This document shows, one piece after another, positions 1 through 8,639 of a DNA stretch of 64,000 bases; positions within the stretch are counted from its first letter, which is position 1, and each line of letters starts with the position of its first letter. The DNA is from an uncultured Oscillospiraceae bacterium (lineage in GTDB: Bacteria > Bacillota > Clostridia > Oscillospirales > Acutalibacteraceae). Position numbers and translations under genes: made by a program. The stretch is taken from contig CABULH010000001.1 in the NCBI GenBank assembly GCA_902492455.1, forward strand, positions 143,862 through 207,861, read 5' to 3'. Under the pieces are notes generated by a model. It was not told where the DNA came from, ran no database searches, and was given only the letters and a program-made list of their open reading frames with translations.

Positions 1-766
1 CCCTAATAACTTCTCCTTCGGCGGCGTGTCCGGCCTTTCCGTGGTGCTGGCAAAGCTGACGGGGCTGGGACCGTCCACCCTCAATCTGGTGATCAATATG
101 GTGCTGCTGGTGCTGGGATTTCTCTTCCTGGGCCGGGGCTTTGCGTTTAAAACCGTTTATGTCAGTCTGCTTTCCTCCATCGGCCTGAGCGTGATGGAAA
201 AGATCTGGCCCCTGTCCGGTCCGGTGACCGATCAGCCGGTGCTGGAACTGATATTTGCCATCTTTCTGCCGGGGGCCGCCTCCGCCGTGTTGTTTAATAT
301 GGGAGCCAGCAGCGGGGGCACGGATATCGTGGCGATGATTATCAAGAAGTATCGCTCACTGGAGATTGGAACCTCTCTTTTTGTCGTCGACTGCCTGATC
401 GCGGTGTCAGCCTTCTTCGTATTCGACGCGCAGACAGGGCTTTTCTCCCTGTGCGGGCTTTTGGCCAAATCCCTGGTCATCGACGGTGTGATCGAAAGTA
501 TCAACGCCTGCAAATATTTTAATATTGTCTGCGACCGGCCGGAACCCATCTGCGACTACATCTGTCATACTCTGGAAAAAGACGCCACCGTCTATCGGGC
601 GGAAGGGGCTTTCACCAAAAGACAGAAATATGTGATTCTCACTGCAATGAAACGGTCCCAGGCCGTGGAGCTGCGGCGGATGATTAAAGAAAGCGAACCC
701 ACCGCTTTTATCCTGATTTCCACCACCAGCGAAATTATCGGCAAGGGCTTCCAGGGATTTGATTAA
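1..766 (+). CDS. YitT/DUF2179-family membrane protein, 5' partial (reading frame open to window start)
   Basis: ORF 26-766 has hydrophobic helices plus a C-terminal DUF2179-like region. Frame stays open upstream of the GTG at 26 (..NFSFGGVSGLSVV..), matching the YitT N-terminal GG.SGI motif, so the CDS starts outside the window. Confidence 0.6.
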   Translation, partial: PNNFSFGGVSGLSVVLAKLTGLGPSTLNLVINMVLLVLGFLFLGRGFAFKTVYVSLLSSIGLSVMEKIWPLSGPVTDQPVLELIFAIFLPGAASAVLFNMGASSGGTDIVAMIIKKYRSLEIGTSLFVVDCLIAVSAFFVFDAQTGLFSLCGLLAKSLVIDGVIESINACKYFNIVCDRPEPICDYICHTLEKDATVYRAEGAFTKRQKYVILTAMKRSQAVELRRMIKESEPTAFILISTTSEIIGKGFQGFD

Positions 767-793
767 TACCCAAAGAGGCAGCCGATTTAACGC

Positions 794-828
794 ACAGGCG
801 CCCCATGCGAAAAGCATGGGGCGCCTGT
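794..828. terminator. bidirectional Rho-independent terminator hairpin between convergent genes
   Basis: acaggcgccccatgc-gaaaa-gcatggggcgcctgt perfect hairpin between the YitT stop (766) and the sufD stop (846). Confidence 0.5.
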
Positions 829-845
829 CTATCCAGTATGAATTT

Positions 846-1766
846 TTAACCCCGCAGGAAGCCTTGGATGATCTTCTCCTCCGCTTCCTCCTCGGTGAGA
901 CCCAGGGTGCGCAGCTTGAGAATCTGCTCCCCGGCGATTTTTCCGATGGCGGCCTCATGGATCAGAGCGGCGTCCACATGTCCAGCGAACAATTCCGGTG
1001 CGGCGGTAACTGTGCCGCCGTCCACCAGGATTGCGTCGCATTCCGAGTGACCGGTGCAGCGGTTATTCCCCCGGATGCAGGAATGGTAGCTTTGGCGGGA
1101 ACTGCCCTTTGCCACCGAGCGGGAGATTAAATCCACCCCGGAATCCTCTCCGTCCAGGGAGACCAGAAAATCGGTTTTCGCGGTCTGTTCCCCTTCGGTC
1201 AGGAGACTCTCCCGAATAATCAGCCGGGAGCGGGCGGCCAAAATGGCATTGGTTTTGCGGATGGTCCGATCCACACCGCCCAGCTGGACGGTGTCCATCT
1301 CCAGGGTAGCGTCTTCTGCCAGAATCACATCGGTTACCGGATCGATGCGCCGCAGCCCTTTGCCGCTGCCCGCTCCCACGTGCTTTTCTTTATACAGCAC
1401 CCGGGACCCCTTTCCCAAAAAGAAGCGGTGGATACCGTTGTGCCGGGCGTCTTCTTCCCCATCCGCGTGTACGCCGCAGCCGGCCACAATCACCACATCC
1501 GCCCCGGCACCCACGTAAAAATCGTTGTATACCAGATCATCCACGTTGCTGTGGGTGACGCAGGCGGGGATATAGACGGTTTCCCCCTTGGTATCCGGAC
1601 GGATATGGATCACCAGACCGGGGCCGTCGGTTTTGGAGTCAATCTGAATATTCTTGGAAGAGACCCGGCCGGCGCATTCCCCGTCCTCCCGAATGTTGTA
1701 CGCGCCTTCAAAGTTTCCCTTCCAATCGGAAACCATCTGCAGCAGTTTTTCCGTCACCTTGTTCAT
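846..1766 (-). CDS. SufB/SufD-family Fe-S cluster assembly protein
   Basis: SufBD-like beta-helix sequence. Likely start MNKVTEKLL at 1766, overlapping the sufC stop by 4 bp (ATGA); the longer ORF-track N-terminus is a spurious Gly/Arg-rich extension. Confidence 0.65.
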   Translation of the reverse strand: MNKVTEKLLQMVSDWKGNFEGAYNIREDGECAGRVSSKNIQIDSKTDGPGLVIHIRPDTKGETVYIPACVTHSNVDDLVYNDFYVGAGADVVIVAGCGVHADGEEDARHNGIHRFFLGKGSRVLYKEKHVGAGSGKGLRRIDPVTDVILAEDATLEMDTVQLGGVDRTIRKTNAILAARSRLIIRESLLTEGEQTAKTDFLVSLDGEDSGVDLISRSVAKGSSRQSYHSCIRGNNRCTGHSECDAILVDGGTVTAAPELFAGHVDAALIHEAAIGKIAGEQILKLRTLGLTEEEAEEKIIQGFLRG

Positions 1767-2491
1767 ACCAGCGCGTCTCCCTTCCCCAGCGGGCAGCGTC
1801 CCGCTTTTTCTCCCGCCAGCAGGGCGGGAAGCACCTCTTCCCGGGGACCGGCCTGGCGGACCAAGCCGTCGGCCACCACCACGATATCGTCCGCGATTTC
1901 CAGTATTCTCTCCTGATGAGAGATGATCATCAATGCGCCGGTCAGTTGGCTTTTCATCTCCTGGAATACTTCGATCAGCCCGGTGAAGCTCCACAGGTCG
2001 ATCCCTGCCTCCGGCTCGTCAAAGATGGAGAGCCGGGCGCCCCTAGCCAGTACCGAGGCGATTTCCACCCGCTTGATCTCGCCGCCGGAAAGGGAAGCGC
2101 TGATCTCCCTGTCTGCGTACTCCCTGGCGCATAGGCCAACCTGCCCCAATAAATGGCAGAGACGATCTTCATCCAGCGTGTTGCCCGAGGCCAGCTCCAG
2201 CAGATCTCGAACATTCAGTCCCTTGAAGCGGACCGGCTGTTGAAAAGCGTAGCCGATGCCCAGACGAGCACGTTGTGTGACATCCAGCCCGGTGATATCT
2301 TTACCGTCCAGCAGCAGACGTCCGGCAGTAGGAGTCTCCAGGCCGGCAATAATTTTGGCCAGAGAGGTTTTCCCGCCGCCGTTGGGACCGGTGACCACCG
2401 TCATCCGGCCGGCGGGAATGGTGAGATTGATGCCGTCCAGTATTGTTTCTCCGTCTGGAAGCTTCCAGACGATATTTTCCAACGTCAGCAT
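1763..2491 (-). CDS. sufC: Fe-S cluster assembly ATPase SufC (ABC ATPase)
   Basis: Walker A GPNGGGKT, ABC signature LSGGE, Walker B/D-loop SIFDEPEAGID; translationally coupled to the downstream SufBD gene. Confidence 0.8.
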   Translation of the reverse strand: MLTLENIVWKLPDGETILDGINLTIPAGRMTVVTGPNGGGKTSLAKIIAGLETPTAGRLLLDGKDITGLDVTQRARLGIGYAFQQPVRFKGLNVRDLLELASGNTLDEDRLCHLLGQVGLCAREYADREISASLSGGEIKRVEIASVLARGARLSIFDEPEAGIDLWSFTGLIEVFQEMKSQLTGALMIISHQERILEIADDIVVVADGLVRQAGPREEVLPALLAGEKAGRCPLGKGDALV

Positions 2492-2748
2492 ATGACGTCC
2501 CCCTGTCTGATTGTTGCTTTTTTGACAATATATACTATTATAGTAACCTTTTTTCGTCTCTTGTCAAGAGAAGAGCGTAGGGTTCTCTTTCCTGCCTAAA
2601 AAGATCATGGTTTGCAACCGGTGGTTTCATTTTTTCCTGCGATCATAAAGAGACGCGTTATTGCATACCCCACTCTCCTCCGTTACAATAAAGGCAACGG
2701 AATCAACCCCGGGATGCCGGTCAAATCAGCAAGGAAAGAAGGAAATAG

Positions 2749-3292
2749 CATGACGATACAACCGGAAAAGATAGGAGCCTACATTGCAGCCTTGCGTAAA
2801 GCAAAGCAGATGACACAGACTGAACTGGGACAGCGGCTGCAGATTTCCAGTCAGGCGGTTTCCAAGTGGGAGCGGGGCGAATGCCTGCCCGACACAGGGG
2901 TGCTGCTGGATCTGGCAGAAATATTGGGGACCACGACGGATAGCCTGCTGCGGGGAGGAGGAGTGATGCGGACCTACAGCGGGAAGATTCGGGTAGCAGA
3001 TATCTTGGAAGGGATGACCGGTTTCTTTAGCTTTCCCCGCTTGGTGGGAAAGGAAAACACCCTGTATCAGGGAATGATCGAAGGGATCAATCGCCGGATG
3101 AATATGGATTGGGAAGAGGACTTAAAGGGAAGAGACCAGCGATGGTGCATCGAACTTTTTGCCGCTGAGGTGATCATTCAGGAACTCAAGCAGGGGAAAT
3201 TTTTAGATAAAGCGGAGGTCAACCGCCTGTTTACTCTGGATAAGTGGCGGGAGTCCGTGCTGCGTTATGCCGATGCGTATGGCATATCCTGA
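2749..3292 (+). CDS. XRE-family HTH transcriptional regulator with uncharacterised C-terminal domain
   Basis: N-terminal HTH_XRE (IGAYIAALRKAKQMTQTELGQRLQISSQAVSKWERGE). Start chosen at MTIQPEK, after the GGAAAT region. Confidence 0.55.
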
Positions 3293-3302
3293 GGGCTGAT
3301 AA

Positions 3303-3340
3303 AGGGTTCGCGGCTGATAGGTCGTGAACCCTTTATGCCG
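3303..3340 (+). terminator. Rho-independent terminator after XRE regulator
   Basis: aagggttcgcg...cgtgaaccctt hairpin followed by a T-rich tract. Confidence 0.4.
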
Positions 3341-3479
3341 TTTGAGAGAGTATTTTTCAACGGATTAAATGCTCGTGTTCCCCAAAATATAGAAGAAAAT
3401 TTGAAAACAGTGAGAAAATCGCACGGAATATGCTATAATCAGATTGATACAAAGCGGAAACATGATAAGGAGGTTCAAG

Positions 3480-4025
3480 ATGTATTATACAGCGGTATAT
3501 CCGTCGCCCGTGGGAATGATTACGCTTGCGTGTGATGGTACTGGCAGCCATCTGGTAGGACTGTGGATAGAGGGTCAAAAATATCATGGCGAGAGTGTAC
3601 CGGAAGCTATGCTGCCCAACGGCGGCATGCCGATATTGGGGATTGCTCAAAAATGGCTGGATCGATACTTTGCAGGAAAAAGGCCGGATATAGCAGAATT
3701 GTCGTTAACGCCTATCGGCAGTGATTTCCGTCAGAAAGTATGGAGCCTCTTATGTGAGATTCCATACGGAGAAGTGATTACCTACGGCGACATTGCCAAA
3801 AAGATGGCGGTAAAAATGAAAAGAGAAACTATGTCCAGTCAGGCGATAGGCGGTGCGGTTGGACATAACCCTATATCAATTATCATCCCCTGTCATCGGG
3901 TGGTGGGCTCCAACGGCAGTCTGACAGGTTATGCTGGGGGGATTAAAACAAAGATAAAATTGCTGGAACTGGAGGGTGTGGAACCATCTCGCTTTTTTAT
4001 CCCCAAGACAGGCACAGCCTTGTAA
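3480..4025 (+). CDS. ogt: methylated-DNA--protein-cysteine methyltransferase (O6-alkylguanine alkyltransferase)
   Basis: Active-site PCHRV motif, N-terminal MGMT domain, RBS AAGGAGG 7 nt upstream of the ATG; extended -10 TGcTATAAT upstream. Confidence 0.8.
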   Translation: MYYTAVYPSPVGMITLACDGTGSHLVGLWIEGQKYHGESVPEAMLPNGGMPILGIAQKWLDRYFAGKRPDIAELSLTPIGSDFRQKVWSLLCEIPYGEVITYGDIAKKMAVKMKRETMSSQAIGGAVGHNPISIIIPCHRVVGSNGSLTGYAGGIKTKIKLLELEGVEPSRFFIPKTGTAL

Positions 4026-4048
4026 CATAATTATTTTGCTCTCCGCAG

Positions 4049-4083
4049 CGGATGCTTCTTCAATGCAGAGCATCCGTTGTTTA
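4049..4083 (+). terminator. Rho-independent terminator of ogt
   Basis: cggatgct-N12-agcatccg hairpin followed by ttgttta. Confidence 0.5.
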
Positions 4084-4098
4084 TATCATGTCAAAAAG

Positions 4099-4130
4099 CG
4101 ACCGGCAATTCCATTATGAATTGCCGGTCG
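4099..4130 (-). terminator. perfect palindrome (13-bp arms) with a T-tract on the minus strand; terminator or REP-like element
   Basis: cgaccggcaattc-cattatg-gaattgccggtcg, flanked by A-tracts on the plus strand (T-tracts on minus). Sequence-related to the hairpin at 4407-4438. Confidence 0.4.
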
Positions 4131-4134
4131 AAAA

Positions 4135-4328
4135 ACTATTCAGAGATTACGAAAGAGATCCAGAGAAAAATTTCAAGGAGGACTTAATCCCGCGAAAAGC
4201 TGATAGTGATGGTCAACCGTCCTGAACACGCTTGAAAGGAACAGCAAAGGCACGGCGTGACTTTTGGCGGAGAGGAGGAACGACGGAGCGGTATGAGAAA
4301 TCCCCAGCCGGATGGCTGGGGATTTTGA
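4135..4328 (+). ncRNA. candidate small structured RNA of unknown class, bounded by terminator hairpins; strand and extent uncertain
   Basis: ~190 nt with no plausible ORF. Plus-strand intrinsic terminator ccccagcc-ggat-ggctgggg-attttg at 4302-4328. Contains gaaaggaacagcaaagg, weakly reminiscent of the SRP RNA domain IV GGAAGGAAGCAGC. Confidence 0.2.
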
Positions 4329-4406
4329 ATGGAGCATAGTCCATTCCGACGTGTAAGGGTGAGACAAAATGGACCCTACTTATGGTCGAGCCACAAGATA
4401 AAAAAG

Positions 4407-4438
4407 TGGCCGGCAACTCATTACGAATTGCCGACCGC
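4407..4438 (-). terminator. Rho-independent terminator of tRNA-Leu (minus strand)
   Basis: Reverse complement gcggtcggcaattcgtaatgagttgccggccac followed by tttttat immediately 3' of the tRNA. Confidence 0.5.
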
Positions 4439-4443
4439 AGGTC

Positions 4444-4530
4444 TGGTGCCGCTGGCGGGACTTGAACCCGCACACCGTTTCCGGCCAGGGATTTTAAGTC
4501 CCTTGTGTCTGCCGATTCCACCACAGCGGC
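4444..4530 (-). tRNA. tRNA-Leu (anticodon UAA), type II, CCA encoded
   Basis: Manual cloverleaf on the reverse complement: acceptor GCCGCUG/CAGCGGC, D-arm GUG..CAC, anticodon stem AGGGA/UCCCU with loop CUUAAAA, long variable arm, T-arm GCGGG-UUCAAGU-CCCGC, discriminator A plus CCA; 87 nt. Confidence 0.85.
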
Positions 4531-4633
4531 AAATGAGTGGGATGCCATCCAATGATAGCCTATTTCAAGCGGGATGTCAAGCCGGCGAAGTGGATTCCCG
4601 CGCATATTTTCCCGTCCTAGACCGCATTTTTTC

Positions 4634-4662
4634 TTGACAGAGGGACAGGATAAGTCTATAAT
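4634..4662 (+). promoter_or_regulatory. sigma-A type promoter (TTGACA-17-TATAAT) of the DAHP synthase leader
   Basis: ttgaca gagggacaggataagtc tataat with exact consensus hexamers and 17-nt spacer. Confidence 0.6.
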
Positions 4663-4710
4663 TTGAACATATCTTGGATAAGGCAGCTGAACCGGAGGAG
4701 GACGCACGGG

Positions 4711-4794
4711 ATGAATCATTTTATCGTTACTGTCGTATACGCCGGCCTGTATGATGTCTATACGGGTTTTCTTGTGCTGCCTTTGTCCCGATAA
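4711..4794 (+). CDS. candidate 27-aa leader peptide (MNHFIVTVVYAGLYDVYTGFLVLPLSR) in an attenuator
   Basis: RBS ggaggagg 9 nt upstream; 3 Tyr and 2 Phe in 27 codons; stop lies 14 nt before a strong terminator hairpin that precedes an aromatic-pathway gene. Confidence 0.35.
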   Translation: MNHFIVTVVYAGLYDVYTGFLVLPLSR

Positions 4795-4807
4795 AACCGA
4801 CGATGGA

Positions 4808-4850
4808 ACGGGGGCGGCCTTTGGAAACAAAGGAAGCCCCCGTTTTACTT
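4808..4850 (+). terminator. leader (attenuator) terminator upstream of DAHP synthase
   Basis: acgggggcggcctttgg-aaa-caaaggaagcccccgt hairpin followed by tttactttgtt, inside the 5' leader ~20 nt before the RBS. Confidence 0.55.
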
Positions 4851-4871
4851 TGTTCATAAGGAGATGGTCTT

Positions 4872-5882
4872 GTGGTTGTTATTCTGAAGAAAAATGCCGA
4901 TGCGGGTAAAATCCAGGCATTGCTGCGGCAGATTGACACCCTAGGAGTAAAAACCAATTACAGTGAGGGTACGGAAGCCACGGTAATCGGTTTGATCGGC
5001 GATACTTCCCGGGTGGATATGGACACCCTTTTGGCAAATGAAGCGGTGGAGGATGTCAAGCGGATCACCGAGCCGTATAAGGCTGCGAACCGCCGGTTTC
5101 ATCCGGAGGATACGGTGGTATCGGTGGGAGCCGTGTCGGTGGGAGCGGGTACCTTCAGCGTGATCGCCGGTCCCTGCTCCATCGAAAGTGAGGAACAGTT
5201 AACCACGGTGGCCTGGGCGGTGAAGCAAAGCGGCGCCAAGCTGCTGCGGGGCGGCGCTTTCAAGCCCAGAACCTCTCCCTACTCCTTTCAGGGGCTGGAG
5301 AACGAGGGGCTGCGGCTGTTGCTGGCGGCGGGAAAAGAAGTGGGGCTGCCGGTGGTGACCGAAATCATGGGGGAGTCCCAGCTAGACGACTTTGCCGATG
5401 TGGATGTGATCCAGGTAGGCGCACGGAATATGCAGAATTTTCGTCTGCTGAAGGAACTGGGCCACAGCCGCAAGCCCATCCTGCTGAAACGGGGACTGTC
5501 CGCCACCATCGAGGAATTTCTGATGAGCGCGGAATATATCATGGCTGGGGGAAATCCCCATGTGATCCTTTGTGAGCGGGGAATCCGCACCTTTGAAACC
5601 ATGGTGCGCAACAATCTGGATATCTCCGCCGTTCCGCTGCTGAAACGACAGTCCCATCTGCCGGTGATTGTGGATCCCAGCCATGCGGCGGGAATGGCCT
5701 GGATGGTGGAGCCGCTGTCCCGCGCGGCCATTGCCGCGGGGGCGGACGGTTTGATGATTGAGGTGCACAACAATCCCAAGGCCGCTTTGTGCGATGGCGC
5801 CCAATCCCTGGATCCGGAGGAATTTGACCGGCTGATGGGAACGGTGAAAACCCGGGCGGCTTTTGAGGGACGGCAGATGTAA
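4872..5882 (+). CDS. 3-deoxy-7-phosphoheptulonate (DAHP) synthase, type I-beta, with N-terminal regulatory (ACT/FL-like) domain
   Basis: KDO8PS/DAHPS I-beta core (GPCSIES, LLRGGAFKPRTSPYSFQG, IVDPSH) plus a ~90-aa N-terminal extension. GTG start with RBS AAGGAG. Confidence 0.85.
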   Translation: MVVILKKNADAGKIQALLRQIDTLGVKTNYSEGTEATVIGLIGDTSRVDMDTLLANEAVEDVKRITEPYKAANRRFHPEDTVVSVGAVSVGAGTFSVIAGPCSIESEEQLTTVAWAVKQSGAKLLRGGAFKPRTSPYSFQGLENEGLRLLLAAGKEVGLPVVTEIMGESQLDDFADVDVIQVGARNMQNFRLLKELGHSRKPILLKRGLSATIEEFLMSAEYIMAGGNPHVILCERGIRTFETMVRNNLDISAVPLLKRQSHLPVIVDPSHAAGMAWMVEPLSRAAIAAGADGLMIEVHNNPKAALCDGAQSLDPEEFDRLMGTVKTRAAFEGRQM

Positions 5883-5985
5883 GAGGGTGTGACAGATCTT
5901 GTCCGCCGCTGTTTTCTATGATACAATACTTTATAAGAACGGCCCCGCCGGACGAGAGACGGGGAGAGAGAATGGAGACAACCAT

Positions 5986-8622
5986 ATGAGTGAGAAGAAA
6001 CAACTGGCGAAAACCTATGAGCCGGGAGAGGTGGAGGACCGCATCTATCGGTTCTGGCTGGACGGCGACTACTTTCACGCCGAGGTGAATCCAGATAAGA
6101 AGCCGTATACCATCGTGATCCCGCCGCCCAATATCACCGGACAGCTGCACATGGGCCACGCCCTGGACGAGACTTTTCAGGATATCCTGATCCGCTGGCG
6201 GCGCATGCAGGGTTATGAAGCCCTTTGGATGCCGGGCACTGATCATGCCTCTATTGCCACGGAGGCCAAGATTGTGGCCGCCATGGCGGAGGAAGGCGTC
6301 ACCAAGGAGGAGTTGGGCCGTGAGGGCTTCCTGGAGCGGGCCTGGGCATGGAAAGACAAGTATGGTTCCCGGATTGTGGAGCAGCTGAAAAAGCTGGGTT
6401 CCTCCTGCGATTGGGAACGGGAGCGGTTCACCCTGGATGAGGGCTGTTCCAAGGCCGTCCGGGAGGTCTTTGTCCGGCTGTATGAGAAAGGGCTGATCTA
6501 CCGGGGTGAGCGGATCATCAACTGGTGCCCCCACTGCCGCACCTCCATCTCCGACGCCGAAGTGGAATTTGAGGAAAAGGACGCCCACTTCTGGCATCTG
6601 CGCTATCCCATTGCGGATGATGGGGGCAATCCCACCGGCGAATATCTGGAGCTGGCCACCACCCGGCCGGAGACCATGCTGGGAGATACCGCTGTGGCGG
6701 TGCATCCCGAGGATGAGCGGTACCGGCATTTGGTGGGCAGAAATGTGATTCTCCCCTTGGTGGGCCGTTTGATCCCGGTGGTGGCGGATACGTATGTGGA
6801 GATGGATTTCGGCACCGGCGTGGTGAAGATCACCCCGGCCCATGATCCCAATGACTTTGAGGTGGGGCTGCGGCACAATCTTCCGGTGATTACCGTTACC
6901 ACCGACGACGGCCATATGAACGAACTGGCGGGCACCTATCAGGGACAGAGCCTGATGGAATGCCGCAAGAACATTGTGAAGGATCTGGAAGAGCAGGGCT
7001 ATTTGGTGAAAACCGAGCCTATGAAGCACAACGTGGGTTCCTGCTACCGCTGTCACACGGTGATTGAGCCCCGGGTGTCGATGCAGTGGTTTGTCAAGAT
7101 GAAGGAGCTGGCCGGTCCCGCCATTGAGGCGGTGAAGGACGGTCGCACCAAGTTTGTGCCGGAACGCTTCAATAAGGTGTACTTCCACTGGCTGGAGAAT
7201 ATCCGTGATTGGTGCATCTCCCGTCAGCTGTGGTGGGGACATCGGATTCCCGCCTGGTATTGTCCGGATTGCGGTGAGATCGTGGTGAGCCGGGAGGACC
7301 CCGCCGTCTGTCCCAAGTGCGGCGGCAGCCGTCTGCAGCAGGATGAGGATACGCTGGATACCTGGTTCTCCTCCGCTTTGTGGCCCTTCTCCACCCTGGG
7401 CTGGCCGGAAGAGACCCCTGAGCTGAAATATTTCTATCCCACCGATACCCTGGTCACCGGTTACGACATCATCTTTTTCTGGGTGGTGCGGATGATGTTC
7501 TCCGGTCTGGAGCATATGGGCGAGGTGCCCTTCCGGACGGTGTTTATCCACGGCCTGGTGCGGGACGCCAAAGGCAGAAAGATGTCCAAGTCCCTGGGCA
7601 ACGGCATCGATCCTCTGGAGATCATCGACAAATACGGTGCGGACGCCCTGCGCTTTACGCTGGCAACCGGAAACAGCCCCGGCAACGATATGCGGTTTAT
7701 GAACGAGAAGGTGGAAGCCTCCCGGAATTTTGCCAACAAGCTGTGGAATGCCGCCCGCTTCCTTCTGATGAATATCGAAGGACACGAGGTGGCGCTGTCC
7801 CTGCCGGCGGATTTGGCCATGGAGGACAAGTGGATTCTTTCCCGCTTCAACACGTTGGTGGGCGCCATGACTGAGAATCTGGAGAAGTTTGAGCTGGGCA
7901 TCGCCGTGCAGAAGCTGTACGACTTCATCTGGGATGACTACTGCGACTGGTATATCGAGCTGTGCAAGGCCCGGCTCCAGGGTGAGAACGCCATGGGGGC
8001 CCGGCAGGTGCTGCTTTATATCATGACCGGCATGCTGCGGCTGCTCCATCCCTTTATGCCTTTTATCACCGAGGAGATCTGGCAGTCTCTGCCCCATGAG
8101 GGAGAGACGCTGATGCGGGCTCCCTGGCCGGAACTCCGGGAAGACCTCTGCTTCCCTGCGGAGGAACGGGAGATGGACCGGCTGATGGATGCCATCCGCG
8201 CTATTCGCAACCGGCGGGCGGAGATGAATGTGCCCCCCTCCAAAAAAGCCCAGGTGTATGTGGAAACCGCCTTTACCGATACCTTTGAAAACGGCGCTCC
8301 CTTTATACTGCGTCTGGCTTCGGCGTCCGAAGTCAGGGTGGGCGCGGCTTTTGATCTGCCCGGCGCGGTGAGTATTGTCACGGCGGACGCCACCATCCGG
8401 ATCCCTCTGGACGAATTGGTGGATCGTGAGGCGGAGCTGGCCCGGCTGAACAAGGAGAAGGAAAATGTGAAAAAGCAGCTGGACGGCGTACTGGCCCGAC
8501 TGGCGAATAAGGCCTTTACCGACAAGGCACCGGAAAACGTGGTGGCCACCGCTCGGGAAAACGCCGCCAAGCTGCAGGAAAAGCTGAATCTATTGGAACA
8601 GAGCATCGGACAGTTCGGCTGA
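5986..8622 (+). CDS. valS: valine--tRNA ligase
   Basis: Class I HIGH-like ([12 protein letters not shown]) and KMSKS motifs, ValRS editing and anticodon-binding regions, C-terminal coiled coil. Start MSEKKQ with RBS GGAG. Confidence 0.9.
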   Translation: MSEKKQLAKTYEPGEVEDRIYRFWLDGDYFHAEVNPDKKPYTIVIPPPNITGQLHMGHALDETFQDILIRWRRMQGYEALWMPGTDHASIATEAKIVAAMAEEGVTKEELGREGFLERAWAWKDKYGSRIVEQLKKLGSSCDWERERFTLDEGCSKAVREVFVRLYEKGLIYRGERIINWCPHCRTSISDAEVEFEEKDAHFWHLRYPIADDGGNPTGEYLELATTRPETMLGDTAVAVHPEDERYRHLVGRNVILPLVGRLIPVVADTYVEMDFGTGVVKITPAHDPNDFEVGLRHNLPVITVTTDDGHMNELAGTYQGQSLMECRKNIVKDLEEQGYLVKTEPMKHNVGSCYRCHTVIEPRVSMQWFVKMKELAGPAIEAVKDGRTKFVPERFNKVYFHWLENIRDWCISRQLWWGHRIPAWYCPDCGEIVVSREDPAVCPKCGGSRLQQDEDTLDTWFSSALWPFSTLGWPEETPELKYFYPTDTLVTGYDIIFFWVVRMMFSGLEHMGEVPFRTVFIHGLVRDAKGRKMSKSLGNGIDPLEIIDKYGADALRFTLATGNSPGNDMRFMNEKVEASRNFANKLWNAARFLLMNIEGHEVALSLPADLAMEDKWILSRFNTLVGAMTENLEKFELGIAVQKLYDFIWDDYCDWYIELCKARLQGENAMGARQVLLYIMTGMLRLLHPFMPFITEEIWQSLPHEGETLMRAPWPELREDLCFPAEEREMDRLMDAIRAIRNRRAEMNVPPSKKAQVYVETAFTDTFENGAPFILRLASASEVRVGAAFDLPGAVSIVTADATIRIPLDELVDREAELARLNKEKENVKKQLDGVLARLANKAFTDKAPENVVATARENAAKLQEKLNLLEQSIGQFG

Positions 8623-8639
8623 CGTTAAAGGAGGCGAAC

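Noticed and set aside
4135-4328. Bacterial SRP RNA (ffs) or 6S RNA
   Set aside because: gaaaggaacagcaaagg only loosely resembles the SRP domain IV GGAAGGAAGCAGC, the 5' and 3' ends do not pair as in SRP or 6S RNA, and the Alu-domain order is wrong. Retained only as a low-confidence unknown sRNA.
4213-4857. 214-aa minus-strand ORF and 102-aa plus-strand ORF (4329-4637) spanning the tRNA-Leu gene
   Set aside because: They run through a tRNA gene, its terminator and a promoter; no coding signature.
5883-5985. T-box riboswitch upstream of valS
   Set aside because: The intergenic region is only ~100 nt and lacks the Stem I / specifier / GGUGGNACCGCG T-box elements; it contains just a promoter (TTGTCC..TGATACAAT) and a small hairpin.
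5539-8097. 852-aa ORF on the minus strand (plus similar long antisense ORFs at 11875-13671, 16230-17786, 43319-45478, 47315-49696, 54727-57270, 57298-58821, 61382-63232)
   Set aside because: They lie antisense to confidently identified genes (valS, mutS2, transporters), have Arg/Gly/Pro/His-rich low-complexity translations typical of high-GC antisense frames, and lack RBS or homologous signatures.
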